A stretch of 47,697 nucleotides of DNA, taken from positions 16,634 through 64,330 of the forward strand of contig PLCF01000011.1 in NCBI GenBank assembly GCA_003135555.1, given 5' to 3'. Shown here piece by piece: positions 8,223-16,469 of this stretch (its first letter is position 1; each line of letters begins with the position of its first letter). The notes under the pieces are model-generated. The model did no database searches, was not told the origin of the DNA, and saw only the letters and a program-made list of their open reading frames with translations. The translations under genes and the position numbers were made by a program. The DNA comes from Vulcanimicrobiota bacterium. GTDB taxonomy: Bacteria > Vulcanimicrobiota > Vulcanimicrobiia > Vulcanimicrobiales > Vulcanimicrobiaceae.

Positions 8223-10331
8223 CTAGATGTAGTACACTAGAGTCGAAGCCCGCAGAGGGTCGTTGATGGGATACCCTGAGGCCCGGACGAGCTCGGCGAT
8301 TTCGTGAAGGCCGCTTTCGCGAAACTGTGCCTCGATCGATTCGTTGCCGGCCGCGAGCAACGCGAGGGTTTGCGCGAATGCTGCGACGCGACTCGATCCG
8401 GCCGCTAACAGCTTCGCGATCTGTGCGCCGCAGATTGTTGCGACGATCGGATCCGCCTGCCACAGGTGCGCAAGGACATCTTGCCGTGATGAAGCGGCGA
8501 GACCCGCGAAGCTGAAGCGCGGGATCGCGCCCAGGGTTGCCGGGCGCGCACTGTCGCACACGCTCAGCACGAGCAACCGACGACCCTCCCAGGGTTGCCG
8601 CCATTCCGCAAAGTCGGTAAGCCGAATAACTCCGCAAGTTAGGACGTCGAGCGTGCTGGCGTCCGGGCGAAACGCGTCGTGGTTTCCGTGACAAACGACC
8701 CAGAGCGCATCGAGATCGTCGCGCTCATAGAACTCTCGGAATCGCTGAGCGTCGTCAAGTGTGCCAGCTACCTCAACGATTAGAATGGCCCCTCGGGACT
8801 CGACGGCAGCGCGCACTGCGTTGAGCTCCAGGTCGCCGTAAAGCAGCGGGCGGTACCATACGCCGACAGTATGGAGTGGCCTGTCAGGCTCGGGGGCATC
8901 GAGCGACACCCAGATGGGAGAGCATAACCCTTCTCGTACCGCCGCAGCTTGGACCGGTAGCGGAATCGAAAATCCCTGTAGCCATGGGCGCCCCCGGAGC
9001 AGTTCGCGAACATGTTCCTCACGAAAACCAAGAAGCAAGCTTGTCTTTTCAAGAAGCTCAAAATCCTGTCCGTATGCGGGCATCCCGAACCGTTCGGTCG
9101 CAATCTCATCGACTCCAAAGGCGGCGAACGTTTGATTCAACGATCGATTCAGAGCCAGAATCGCTTCGCCCGTCACTGCATTGTTGCTGGGATAGCGCGC
9201 AGTCCCCGCCGACGATAGCCACAAGCTGCCCCGATCGCCGCCAAAAGGCAGGGGCATAGCGGCCTCCGGGATCCGACGGCCCGTTGCTCCGTAGAAGCGG
9301 CGGACGATGTCGATCGCATCAGCTCCCTTCCCCAGGACGCCCAAGCGCCAAAGGATCCAGGAGATAGGGTCAAACGAAGTTTCGCGGTGAACCTCTCGTT
9401 CGGCGCGGAGCATCGTTGCGAGGTGCTTTTCGTAGTGCTCCAGATGCGTGTACACTGCCGGCAGCATCGGCAAAGGGTCGGGCGCCTCGAGGAAAAGCCG
9501 GCCGAGAATCTCAGTCCGATGCTGCCCATCGATCAGTGGCCAGTGCTCCGTCCAACAGTTGAGTGCCCAGCCTGCCGGACCGAGCTCAGTATGTGAGCCG
9601 AGGTCGCTCGCCAACGCGGCAGCGATTGCAGCGCGTTCAGGGGGCGCTGCGTCTTCGTAGTCTTCGGCTAGGAGTTGGGCGATATTGTGGGCGCTCGGAC
9701 TCGCGGTCTTCGCCGCCCACTCGCCGATCGCGCACAAGGCGTCGATGATCTCCTCAGGGCATCGCGCGAAGTCACGGCGCATAGCATCGATCGCGAGAGA
9801 TGACGTCGTTTCGGCGAGTTCCTGCATCCCGGGCCGCAGACGAAAAGTTGGAAACGCGCTTGCTGCCCAGTATGCTGTTTGGATCGCAAAGTTTTCCTTA
9901 ATGAACGGCTGGGGAACCATCGCGAAGTCGGTGATCCGCGACGGCTCGCACTCGAATTTAACGTCCGCGCAGCCCCATTGCACCTCATCAGAGAGGGTCG
10001 CCGCAAGCCAATTCGTCGCATCCGACAGTCGCCGCCTATCAACACATTGTCTCAACACCGACCCTGCTGCGACGAACTGCATGAAGTCGAGAACGACAAT
10101 CTCACGCAGCGGCCTGCCACCCTTTCTAGCGATGATGTCGTCGATGTATACTCGACCCGCGTTCGCCATGGAATCAAGGTCGGCGGCAAGCCCTTCAAGA
10201 TGCTCCATCGCGGCCAGGACAACAGGGCCGACGGAGCGCGGGCTCATCGCCTCAAAGTGCGCTTCCGCCACTTTCGGAAAGATCGCGCGGAGCTTTGGAG
10301 CTATCGATGGGAACGCGTCAACGAGCTTCAC
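8223..10331 (-). CDS. CHAT-domain (caspase-like) protease with long helical N-terminal region
   Basis: C-terminal LWVVCHG (His) and LLVLSVCDSA (Cys) dyad motifs, plus VLAHLWQA and EL.AV elements. Confidence 0.8.
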   Translation of the reverse strand: MKLVDAFPSIAPKLRAIFPKVAEAHFEAMSPRSVGPVVLAAMEHLEGLAADLDSMANAGRVYIDDIIARKGGRPLREIVVLDFMQFVAAGSVLRQCVDRRRLSDATNWLAATLSDEVQWGCADVKFECEPSRITDFAMVPQPFIKENFAIQTAYWAASAFPTFRLRPGMQELAETTSSLAIDAMRRDFARCPEEIIDALCAIGEWAAKTASPSAHNIAQLLAEDYEDAAPPERAAIAAALASDLGSHTELGPAGWALNCWTEHWPLIDGQHRTEILGRLFLEAPDPLPMLPAVYTHLEHYEKHLATMLRAEREVHRETSFDPISWILWRLGVLGKGADAIDIVRRFYGATGRRIPEAAMPLPFGGDRGSLWLSSAGTARYPSNNAVTGEAILALNRSLNQTFAAFGVDEIATERFGMPAYGQDFELLEKTSLLLGFREEHVRELLRGRPWLQGFSIPLPVQAAAVREGLCSPIWVSLDAPEPDRPLHTVGVWYRPLLYGDLELNAVRAAVESRGAILIVEVAGTLDDAQRFREFYERDDLDALWVVCHGNHDAFRPDASTLDVLTCGVIRLTDFAEWRQPWEGRRLLVLSVCDSARPATLGAIPRFSFAGLAASSRQDVLAHLWQADPIVATICGAQIAKLLAAGSSRVAAFAQTLALLAAGNESIEAQFRESGLHEIAELVRASGYPINDPLRASTLVYYI

Positions 10332-10358
10332 GCGAGCCTCGAAGCGATCTGCCTAGCT

Positions 10359-11549
10359 CTAAGATTCGACTATTTGGTCGAACAGGTCGGTTTGGGGGCT
10401 GTCGTGCTCTCGGGGAGCGGACGGCTTCTTGAAGGCTCTGGGCGCCTCGGGTTTCCAGACAATTGTGCGCGACGTCTCGTCAAATTCACCGAAGTCATGC
10501 ACATGAGCGTATCTGAGCACGACGCCCAATTGACCGAGGTCTAACGGAACGATCTGCGCCTCGTAGAGCTCTTTGAGCGTCGACGGCGTACCTCGGAAGC
10601 GCTTATGAAGCTCGCTGCAACACGAGTAACGATCGGCGTCGGTCATCATACGCCCCTTCAGGAGTCCGGTTCGTTGAGATGCCGCATACGCTTTGTCCAG
10701 GGCCTGTACCGCGGCGGGAACGCGCGCGAAGTGAACAAGGTGCCGAAACTGGCTATCGCTCATTCGGAGCGCGTAGGGCTTTGCGAACGGAAACCCCTTG
10801 ATTGATTTGGCGTAGCACTGAGCGAACGCATCCCAAGGTTTGTTCCCTGGTGCCTTGTATCGATCCACAGCAAGCTTCCAAGCGTCCGATCCGAAGATGC
10901 TGGTCAGCCGTGTTGCATTTCCGACCCAACCGACAGCGCGTTTCTGGACCAGGTTGAACATTCTGTTCAGCGCCCCAGAGTCCAGGTTAACAATCATCTC
11001 GCTGTTTCTGGCACGAACGATTGGGTCGAGCGTCCGCTTCTCAATCGGTACGAGATTGTAGGGATCGATGAACCAAAGGGCGTGTTGTCCTCCCCCGGTT
11101 TGACGAATCTCGTCGAGCACCTCAAGGGATCTCGTTTCGAATGATCCCTCAACAACCTGAACGTCAACGCGTTCGTTACCTGAAGCGTCGGCAAAACGCT
11201 GGACGCGCTCGCGTAGTCGCTCACAATATCCGGGGTTCAATTCGATAAGGCGGACGTGCACCCGCATGTGCGGGTGCTTTCGCTGGACTTGGTTTGCGGC
11301 GAAGGTCGCCTGCAGCGCGGTCCCCGGGATGACGCCCTGAGGATGGTTCGCGCTAAGATGCAGGCCGGCGCCGGCAAACGCATCGACGATCCAGATGTGG
11401 GCCGTGCTAACGCCAGCGCGTCGCCGAGCTAATGCAATGATCGAGAGATAGCTCCCCATGTATCGGTTGCTCACGTCGAGCTTGTGCGCCGTCTGGTGGT
11501 GAGCCTCGATCGGGCTCAATTCGTTCGGATGCAGCTGTTGCGTTTCCAC
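10359..11549 (-). CDS. tcmP: Three-Cys-motif partner protein (TcmP family; methyltransferase-like fold with C-terminal wHTH-like region)
   Basis: HTxHKL..Y, IVDAFAGAG, LIELNP, FIDPY, SEMIVNL and YALR....LVHF motifs; the family partner DUF5131 is 2.8 kb away. Confidence 0.85.
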   Translation of the reverse strand: METQQLHPNELSPIEAHHQTAHKLDVSNRYMGSYLSIIALARRRAGVSTAHIWIVDAFAGAGLHLSANHPQGVIPGTALQATFAANQVQRKHPHMRVHVRLIELNPGYCERLRERVQRFADASGNERVDVQVVEGSFETRSLEVLDEIRQTGGGQHALWFIDPYNLVPIEKRTLDPIVRARNSEMIVNLDSGALNRMFNLVQKRAVGWVGNATRLTSIFGSDAWKLAVDRYKAPGNKPWDAFAQCYAKSIKGFPFAKPYALRMSDSQFRHLVHFARVPAAVQALDKAYAASQRTGLLKGRMMTDADRYSCCSELHKRFRGTPSTLKELYEAQIVPLDLGQLGVVLRYAHVHDFGEFDETSRTIVWKPEAPRAFKKPSAPREHDSPQTDLFDQIVES

Positions 11550-11666
11550 GGCCCTCGTCCGCCGGTCGTTAGATGTTGTAGTTCAGCATGACTGAGGTTG
11601 CCGCCCCTATAGCGGGCTCGGCCATATAGCATGTATCGGTTGGTACGACAGGGGCTTTCCACGAGG

Positions 11667-11680
11667 CGAACGTATGTTCG
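11667..11680. promoter_or_regulatory. LexA (SOS/Cheo) box upstream of tcmP
   Basis: CGAACGTATGTTCG is a perfect CGAAC-N4-GTTCG, intergenic, ~118 bp upstream of the tcmP start. Confidence 0.7.
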
Positions 11681-12128
11681 ATCATCTCGGTCGCCCAATT
11701 TCGGGTCTGTAACGGCAAGCGGTGGCCCTGGTGACCGTGCCTGGAGCCGTTTTCAGAGCGGCTTTCCCTCGAGGGTAGCCTACGGCTGGCGCGCGGCGTG
11801 GCCTTACATCAGTCTTGCAGACGCCATACCACGGTTCGGCAGGCTCACTTGCCGTGATCGCACCCATCTTGTCGATGGACCGCTGTCGCAGAGAACGATG
11901 CGCACAGAACCATGCATCGATGCGCGATCGGAGTATCGGTCGAGAAATGTCCGCGTCGTCGAGCGTTGAGGTCGCCACGTCTCGTTCCGCGCGGACATGC
12001 GCTAGCGTCGCACGCCTCGCGAATTTAGGGGCGCGGACTATTGCTGATAACTCCCGCGGCTTGCCACGATCGGAGGGCGACGCGAAACGCGGTTTGCAAG
12101 CCGCTCGATCCTCCGTTCCGAAGCGATG

Positions 12129-12153
12129 GTGACGGATTCGTGACGGATCGTGA
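12129..12153 (+). repeat. Tandem GTGACGGAT direct repeats near tRNA 3' end (possible integrase arm sites)
   Basis: GTGACGGAT at 12129 and 12140, partial GTGA at 12150. Confidence 0.45.
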
Positions 12154-12163
12154 ATCAAGAGTC

Positions 12164-12188
12164 AAAAAAACCGCGCCGTAGCGCGGTT
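12164..12188 (-). terminator. Intrinsic terminator downstream of tRNA-Glu
   Basis: AACCGCGC-loop4-GCGCGGTT hairpin followed on the minus strand by a T run (A7 at 12164-12170). Confidence 0.7.
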
Positions 12189-12195
12189 CTCGATG

Positions 12196-12268
12196 TAGCC
12201 CCAACGGGATTCGAACCCGTGTTACCGCCGTGAGAGGGCGGCGTCCTAGGCCTCTAGACGATAGGGCC
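12196..12268 (-). tRNA. tRNA-Glu (CTC), CCA not encoded
   Basis: Reverse complement GGCCCTATCGTCTAGAGGCCTAGGACGCCGCCCTCTCACGGCGGTAACACGGGTTCGAATCCCGTTGGGGCTA folds as a cloverleaf. Confidence 0.95.
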
Positions 12269-12269
12269 G

Positions 12270-12343
12270 TGGCTCCCGGGCAGAGATTCGAACTCCGATA
12301 ACATACTCCAGAGGCATGCGTCTTACCGTTAGACGACCCGGGA
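12270..12343 (-). tRNA. tRNA-Gln (CTG)
   Basis: Reverse complement TCCCGGGTCGTCTAACGGTAAGACGCATGCCTCTGGAGTATGTTATCGGAGTTCGAATCTCTGCCCGGGAGCCA. Confidence 0.95.
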
Positions 12344-12907
12344 TAATCGCATTCGCTTCAACGGATTGCCCCGCCGGTTCCTTGACGCAAACGTTTCCGT
12401 TTGGCTGTGGCAGTTCGGGCAGAGCATCCGCAGGTTCTCGAGCCGATTGTCGTCGCGCACGCCGTTCCGATGGTCCAGCTGGATCACCAGGGGACGCCCG
12501 CGCCACTCACTGAGCCCGCATTCCTCGCAAACGTTCTTCAGTATACCAGCCTCGATCAAGTGCCGCTTGACGGTGTTCCGGCACTTTGCCTCGCTGAGGA
12601 CCTTCTCGATGGGCCACCGCTGAGTCCGCGACCGGATGTCGCCGCGGCGGACCGCCTTTTCCCACGAAGCTGCTGCGAACTCGAACTTGGCGCGACACTC
12701 CCGGAATGTATGGCCCTCGTCGTAGTAGCGCTGGACGGCGGCCCAATCGATCCTCTTTGCTCGTTCGAGGTGGGCGCGAAGCCGGCCGCGCCGGATCGCC
12801 TTGTACCAGGCCACCAGCGTGAACCCGAACTTCGCGACGCACTCGTCCCGGCCGTGGCCCTGATCGTAAAACCGCTGGACCTCCATCCAGTCGTACCTCA
12901 CCCGCAT
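12329..12907 (-). CDS. HNH endonuclease with two N-terminal tandem helical repeats
   Basis: CEECG...LDHRNGVRDDNRLENLRMLCPNCHSQT; repeats DW..VQR.YD.GH...EC..KF.F....W.KA.RRG occur twice. Confidence 0.85.
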   Translation of the reverse strand: MRVRYDWMEVQRFYDQGHGRDECVAKFGFTLVAWYKAIRRGRLRAHLERAKRIDWAAVQRYYDEGHTFRECRAKFEFAAASWEKAVRRGDIRSRTQRWPIEKVLSEAKCRNTVKRHLIEAGILKNVCEECGLSEWRGRPLVIQLDHRNGVRDDNRLENLRMLCPNCHSQTETFASRNRRGNPLKRMRLSRVV

Positions 12908-13008
12908 GATCGCAGCTTACTTGCCGGGCGTGCCAACAGGTCGGCACTGTGCGCGGGCGACGGTTCCGGCAGGCCCCGCGGGGGTCGCGGACGATATTCT
13001 CAGACCTC

Positions 13009-14076
13009 GTGCAGGCAGTCGTCCTCGTCGGCGGCGAGGGCACGCGGCTTCGCCCGCTGACCCTCGCGACGCCCAAACCGATGGTCCCGGTCATGAACAT
13101 GCCGTTCCTGGAGCGCACGCTGCGGCGCCTCAAGGAAGCCGGGATCGAGGACGTCATCCTGCCCGCCGGCTACCTGCCCGAGGCGATCACGTCGTACTTC
13201 GGCGACGGCTCGCGGCTGGGGCTGCGGGTGCGCTACGTCGTCGAGGACGTCCCATTGGGCACCGCCGGCGCGCTCAAGAACGTCGAGCAGTACATCGATG
13301 GCCCGTTCTTCGTCCTCAACGGCGACGTGCTCACCTCGCTCGATCTGGGCGCCATGCTGGAGTACCACCGCGCGAAGGGCGGGCTCGGCACGATCCACGC
13401 CATCCGCGTCGAGGACCCGAGCCCGTTCGGCTGCGTGGTCCACGACCCAACCGGCCGCGTCGCGTCATTCGTGGAGAAGCCCCCGCGCGACGCGGCCCCG
13501 ACCAACGAGATCAACGCCGGCACCTACCTGCTGGAGCGCGAGGTCCTCGACCACATCCCGGCCGGCCGCCCGGTCTCGATCGAACGCGAGACCTTCCCCG
13601 CGCTGATCGCGCAAGGGGCCGGGTTGTACGCCTATACAACCGCCGACTACTGGATCGATTTGGGCAACCCCGAGGCCTATCTCGACGCCCACCGGCACAT
13701 TTTCGACGGCTCGATGCCGCTTGGCTATACCCCTGGAGTAGACGGACCCGGACGTGAGACGATCCCGGCATCGGCGGTCCGCGCTCCGATTTTCGTGGGC
13801 CTGAACTGTCACGTCGCGGGGGACGCGACGGTGGGGCCGTACACCGTGCTCGGTGACGGCTGTACCGTCGAATCCGGCGCCGTCGTGGCCGACTCGTTAT
13901 TGTGGGACGGCGTCACAATTGAGCGCGGTGCGCAACTCAACTGGGCGATCGTCGCCAGTCGTGCGCGCATCGGCGTCGGCGCCCGAATCGGGCGCGGAGC
14001 GGTGATCGGACACGACGCGCAGATCGCCCCCGGGACGCACGTTGAGGAGAACGCGCGGCTGGCCGCGGAGCGCTGA
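13009..14076 (+). CDS. NDP-sugar synthase (mannose-1-phosphate guanylyltransferase-like)
   Basis: QAVVLVGGEGTRLRPLT..PKP, LGTAGA, FVEKP, INAGTY and C-terminal hexapeptide repeats. Confidence 0.9.
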   Translation: MQAVVLVGGEGTRLRPLTLATPKPMVPVMNMPFLERTLRRLKEAGIEDVILPAGYLPEAITSYFGDGSRLGLRVRYVVEDVPLGTAGALKNVEQYIDGPFFVLNGDVLTSLDLGAMLEYHRAKGGLGTIHAIRVEDPSPFGCVVHDPTGRVASFVEKPPRDAAPTNEINAGTYLLEREVLDHIPAGRPVSIERETFPALIAQGAGLYAYTTADYWIDLGNPEAYLDAHRHIFDGSMPLGYTPGVDGPGRETIPASAVRAPIFVGLNCHVAGDATVGPYTVLGDGCTVESGAVVADSLLWDGVTIERGAQLNWAIVASRARIGVGARIGRGAVIGHDAQIAPGTHVEENARLAAER

Positions 14077-14239
14077 AGCGAGCGGACGCACTGTTAAGAA
14101 ACGGTGTTGTACGGGTACGAAACTCTCGATCCAAGCGAGCGTGTCCCTAGAGAGGCGGGTCCTTTCGTGGATGACCACCTCGGGACTCTCGCATCGCCGG
14201 CCTGGCGTTTCCAGTGCCGGCCGCCACAAGGGGAAAAGT

Positions 14240-15421
14240 TTGACCACCCAAGCGCCCAGGATGCTCTTTCTCGGTTCGTTTCCGCCGCGGGAATGCGGGA
14301 TCGCAACCTTCATGAAAGACGTCGTGGACAGCTACGACGCCACGTTCGGCACCCGCAGCTCGGTGATCGCCATCGAAGAACCGGGCGCCGGCGAGCGTAG
14401 GTATCCTGACCGAGTGGTCGCCAGCCTGGTTCAAGACGATCACGACTCCTATCGGCGCATCGCCGCGTTCATCAACGACTATCCGTGCGACGTGCTCAAC
14501 ATCCAGCACGAGTACGGGCTCTTCGGCGGCGACAACGGGGAATGGATCGTCGAATTGATTTCGGGCGTCTGCAAGCCGGTCGTCACGTCGCTGCATACCG
14601 TGCTGCCCGACCCGTCACCCGACCATCTGCGCGTCGCTCGCGCGCTCTGCGCCACCTCGAGCGCGGTCGTCGTGCTCTCCGAAACCGGCCGCGACATCCT
14701 CATCCGCGATTACGGCGTCGATCCGAACAAGATCCGCGTCATCCACCATGGCGTCCCCGACGTTCCGCTGCGCGATACGGCCGAAGCTAAGGCGCGACTC
14801 GGCTTCGCCGGCCGCATGACGATCTCGACCTTCGGGCTCATCAGCCGCGTTAAAGGACTCGAGTACGCCATCGATGCGATGGGCGCGGTCGTGCAATCGC
14901 ACCCCGAGGCGCTGTACCTCATCCTCGGCCAAACGCACCCGTTGGTGCGGCGTAGCGAAGGCGAATCGTATCGGCGCCAGCTCGAGGCGAGCATCGTCGC
15001 CGCCGGCCTGTCCGAGAACGTCAAGCTCGTCGACAAGTATCTCGACTTCGACGAGCTCATCACGTACTTGAGCGCGAGCGACATCTACCTCACGCCGTAT
15101 CTCAATCCGGTGCAGATCGTCAGCGGCACGTTGGCGTACGCGGTCGGGTGCGGCAAAGCGATCGTCTCGACACCCTACCTCTACGCACGCGAGCTGCTCG
15201 AGCACGGCCGCGGGTTCACCGTTCCGTTCCGCGATGCATCGGCGATCGCGACCACGTTCGTCGCACTGCTCGACGATCCGTCGCTGCGCGAAAGCACCGA
15301 GCGCCGCGCCTACAAGTACGGCCGGCGCATGACGTGGAGCAACGTCGCCCACGACTACGGCGCGCTGTTCACCGAACTGTTGCCGATCGCGCGCCGCGAG
15401 GAGCTCGCGACCTCTGCGTAG
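14240..15421 (+). CDS. Glycosyltransferase family 4
   Basis: PPRECGIATF, IQHEYGLFGG, FGLIS..KGLE, SGTLAYA.G.GKAIVSTPY. Confidence 0.9.
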   Translation: MTTQAPRMLFLGSFPPRECGIATFMKDVVDSYDATFGTRSSVIAIEEPGAGERRYPDRVVASLVQDDHDSYRRIAAFINDYPCDVLNIQHEYGLFGGDNGEWIVELISGVCKPVVTSLHTVLPDPSPDHLRVARALCATSSAVVVLSETGRDILIRDYGVDPNKIRVIHHGVPDVPLRDTAEAKARLGFAGRMTISTFGLISRVKGLEYAIDAMGAVVQSHPEALYLILGQTHPLVRRSEGESYRRQLEASIVAAGLSENVKLVDKYLDFDELITYLSASDIYLTPYLNPVQIVSGTLAYAVGCGKAIVSTPYLYARELLEHGRGFTVPFRDASAIATTFVALLDDPSLRESTERRAYKYGRRMTWSNVAHDYGALFTELLPIARREELATSA

Positions 15422-15455
15422 TCACCGCTGGCCGCCGCTCGAGCATCTGCTTGCG

Positions 15456-16469
15456 ATGACCGACGACGTCGGCATCCTGCAGCATGCCACGCTCGACGTG
15501 CCAAACCGCTCCTGCGGCTACTGCACCGACGACGTCGGACGCGCTCTGATCGTCGCTTGCGACACCGCGGCGCACCGTGGAACCGAGAGCGAGGGCGCGC
15601 GTTTGGTGACGACGTATTTGTCGTACCTGCACGATGCGCAGCTCCCCGGCGGCGCGTTCCACAACTTCATGGGATACGACCGCCGCTGGCAGGATCAGGT
15701 CGGCACGCCGGACTCGATCGGCCGCGCGGTTTGGGGTCTGGGCTACGCCGAGCGCCACGCTTCGCGTGAGACGTGGCGTTCCGTCGCTGGTACGATGCGC
15801 CGGCGCGCGCTCGCGGCCGTCTCCGAGATGCCCTACGTCCGCTCCCGGGCCTATGCGTCGCTGGGTCTGGTCCATGCCCTTGCGACCCGGCCCGACGACG
15901 AGCTCAAGCTGCGCGCGGTGCTCGACGAGTCGCTGGCGCTGATCGCCCGCGCCTACGACGCCCATGCGGCTGCGGACTGGCAGTGGTGCGAGGACGTCAT
16001 CACCTACGACAACGCCCGCCTGTGCGAGGCGCTGTTGCGCGGCGGTGCCGCGCTCGCGAACGCGCGATACGTCGACGTCGGCCTGGCGATGCTGTCGTTC
16101 TACGAGAGCGTCGTCATCGAGGACGGAGTTTTCGTCCCGGTCGGAAACGACGGCTGGTTCCCGCGCGGCGGCACGAAGTCGCGCAGCGGCCAGCAGCCGC
16201 TCGAAGCCGCCGCCCTGGTCGACGCCGCGTTTGCCGCGCTCGACGTCACCGGCGACGAGCGCTGGCGCCGTACCGCTTCGATTGCGTACGACTGGTACGC
16301 GGGCGGGAACAGCCAAGGCGCCGCGGTCGCCAACGCGACCGGCTGCTGCGACGGCCTCGACGACGCCGGCGTGAATCGCAACATGGGCGCGGAGTCGACG
16401 GTGTGCTACCTCATGAGCGCGATTGCGCTGGCGAAGCGTTCGACAAAGGCGCTGCGGAGCGTCGGATAA
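15456..16469 (+). CDS. Glycosyltransferase-associated alpha/alpha-barrel protein (often fused to GT4)
   Basis: MTDDVGILQHA, GYCTDD.GRAL, LTYDNA-like motif, QQPLEA, C.DGL...VN.NMGAEST. Confidence 0.8.
   Translation: MTDDVGILQHATLDVPNRSCGYCTDDVGRALIVACDTAAHRGTESEGARLVTTYLSYLHDAQLPGGAFHNFMGYDRRWQDQVGTPDSIGRAVWGLGYAERHASRETWRSVAGTMRRRALAAVSEMPYVRSRAYASLGLVHALATRPDDELKLRAVLDESLALIARAYDAHAAADWQWCEDVITYDNARLCEALLRGGAALANARYVDVGLAMLSFYESVVIEDGVFVPVGNDGWFPRGGTKSRSGQQPLEAAALVDAAFAALDVTGDERWRRTASIAYDWYAGGNSQGAAVANATGCCDGLDDAGVNRNMGAESTVCYLMSAIALAKRSTKALRSVG

Larger units (their letters stand above)
1..12195. mobile_element. tRNA-proximal part of an integrated genomic island (left end outside window)
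   Basis: Abuts the 3' end of tRNA-Glu; contains rep-like, TA, defence-like and phage-associated genes; composition visibly less GC-skewed at third codon positions than the core genes. Confidence 0.7.

Noticed and set aside
11690..12125. Integrase remnant between tcmP and the tRNA
   Set aside because: None of the listed ORF translations shows recombinase motifs.
12329..12907. IscB/Cas9-like RNA-guided nuclease
   Set aside because: Only 192 aa, with no RuvC motifs or PLMP N-terminus.
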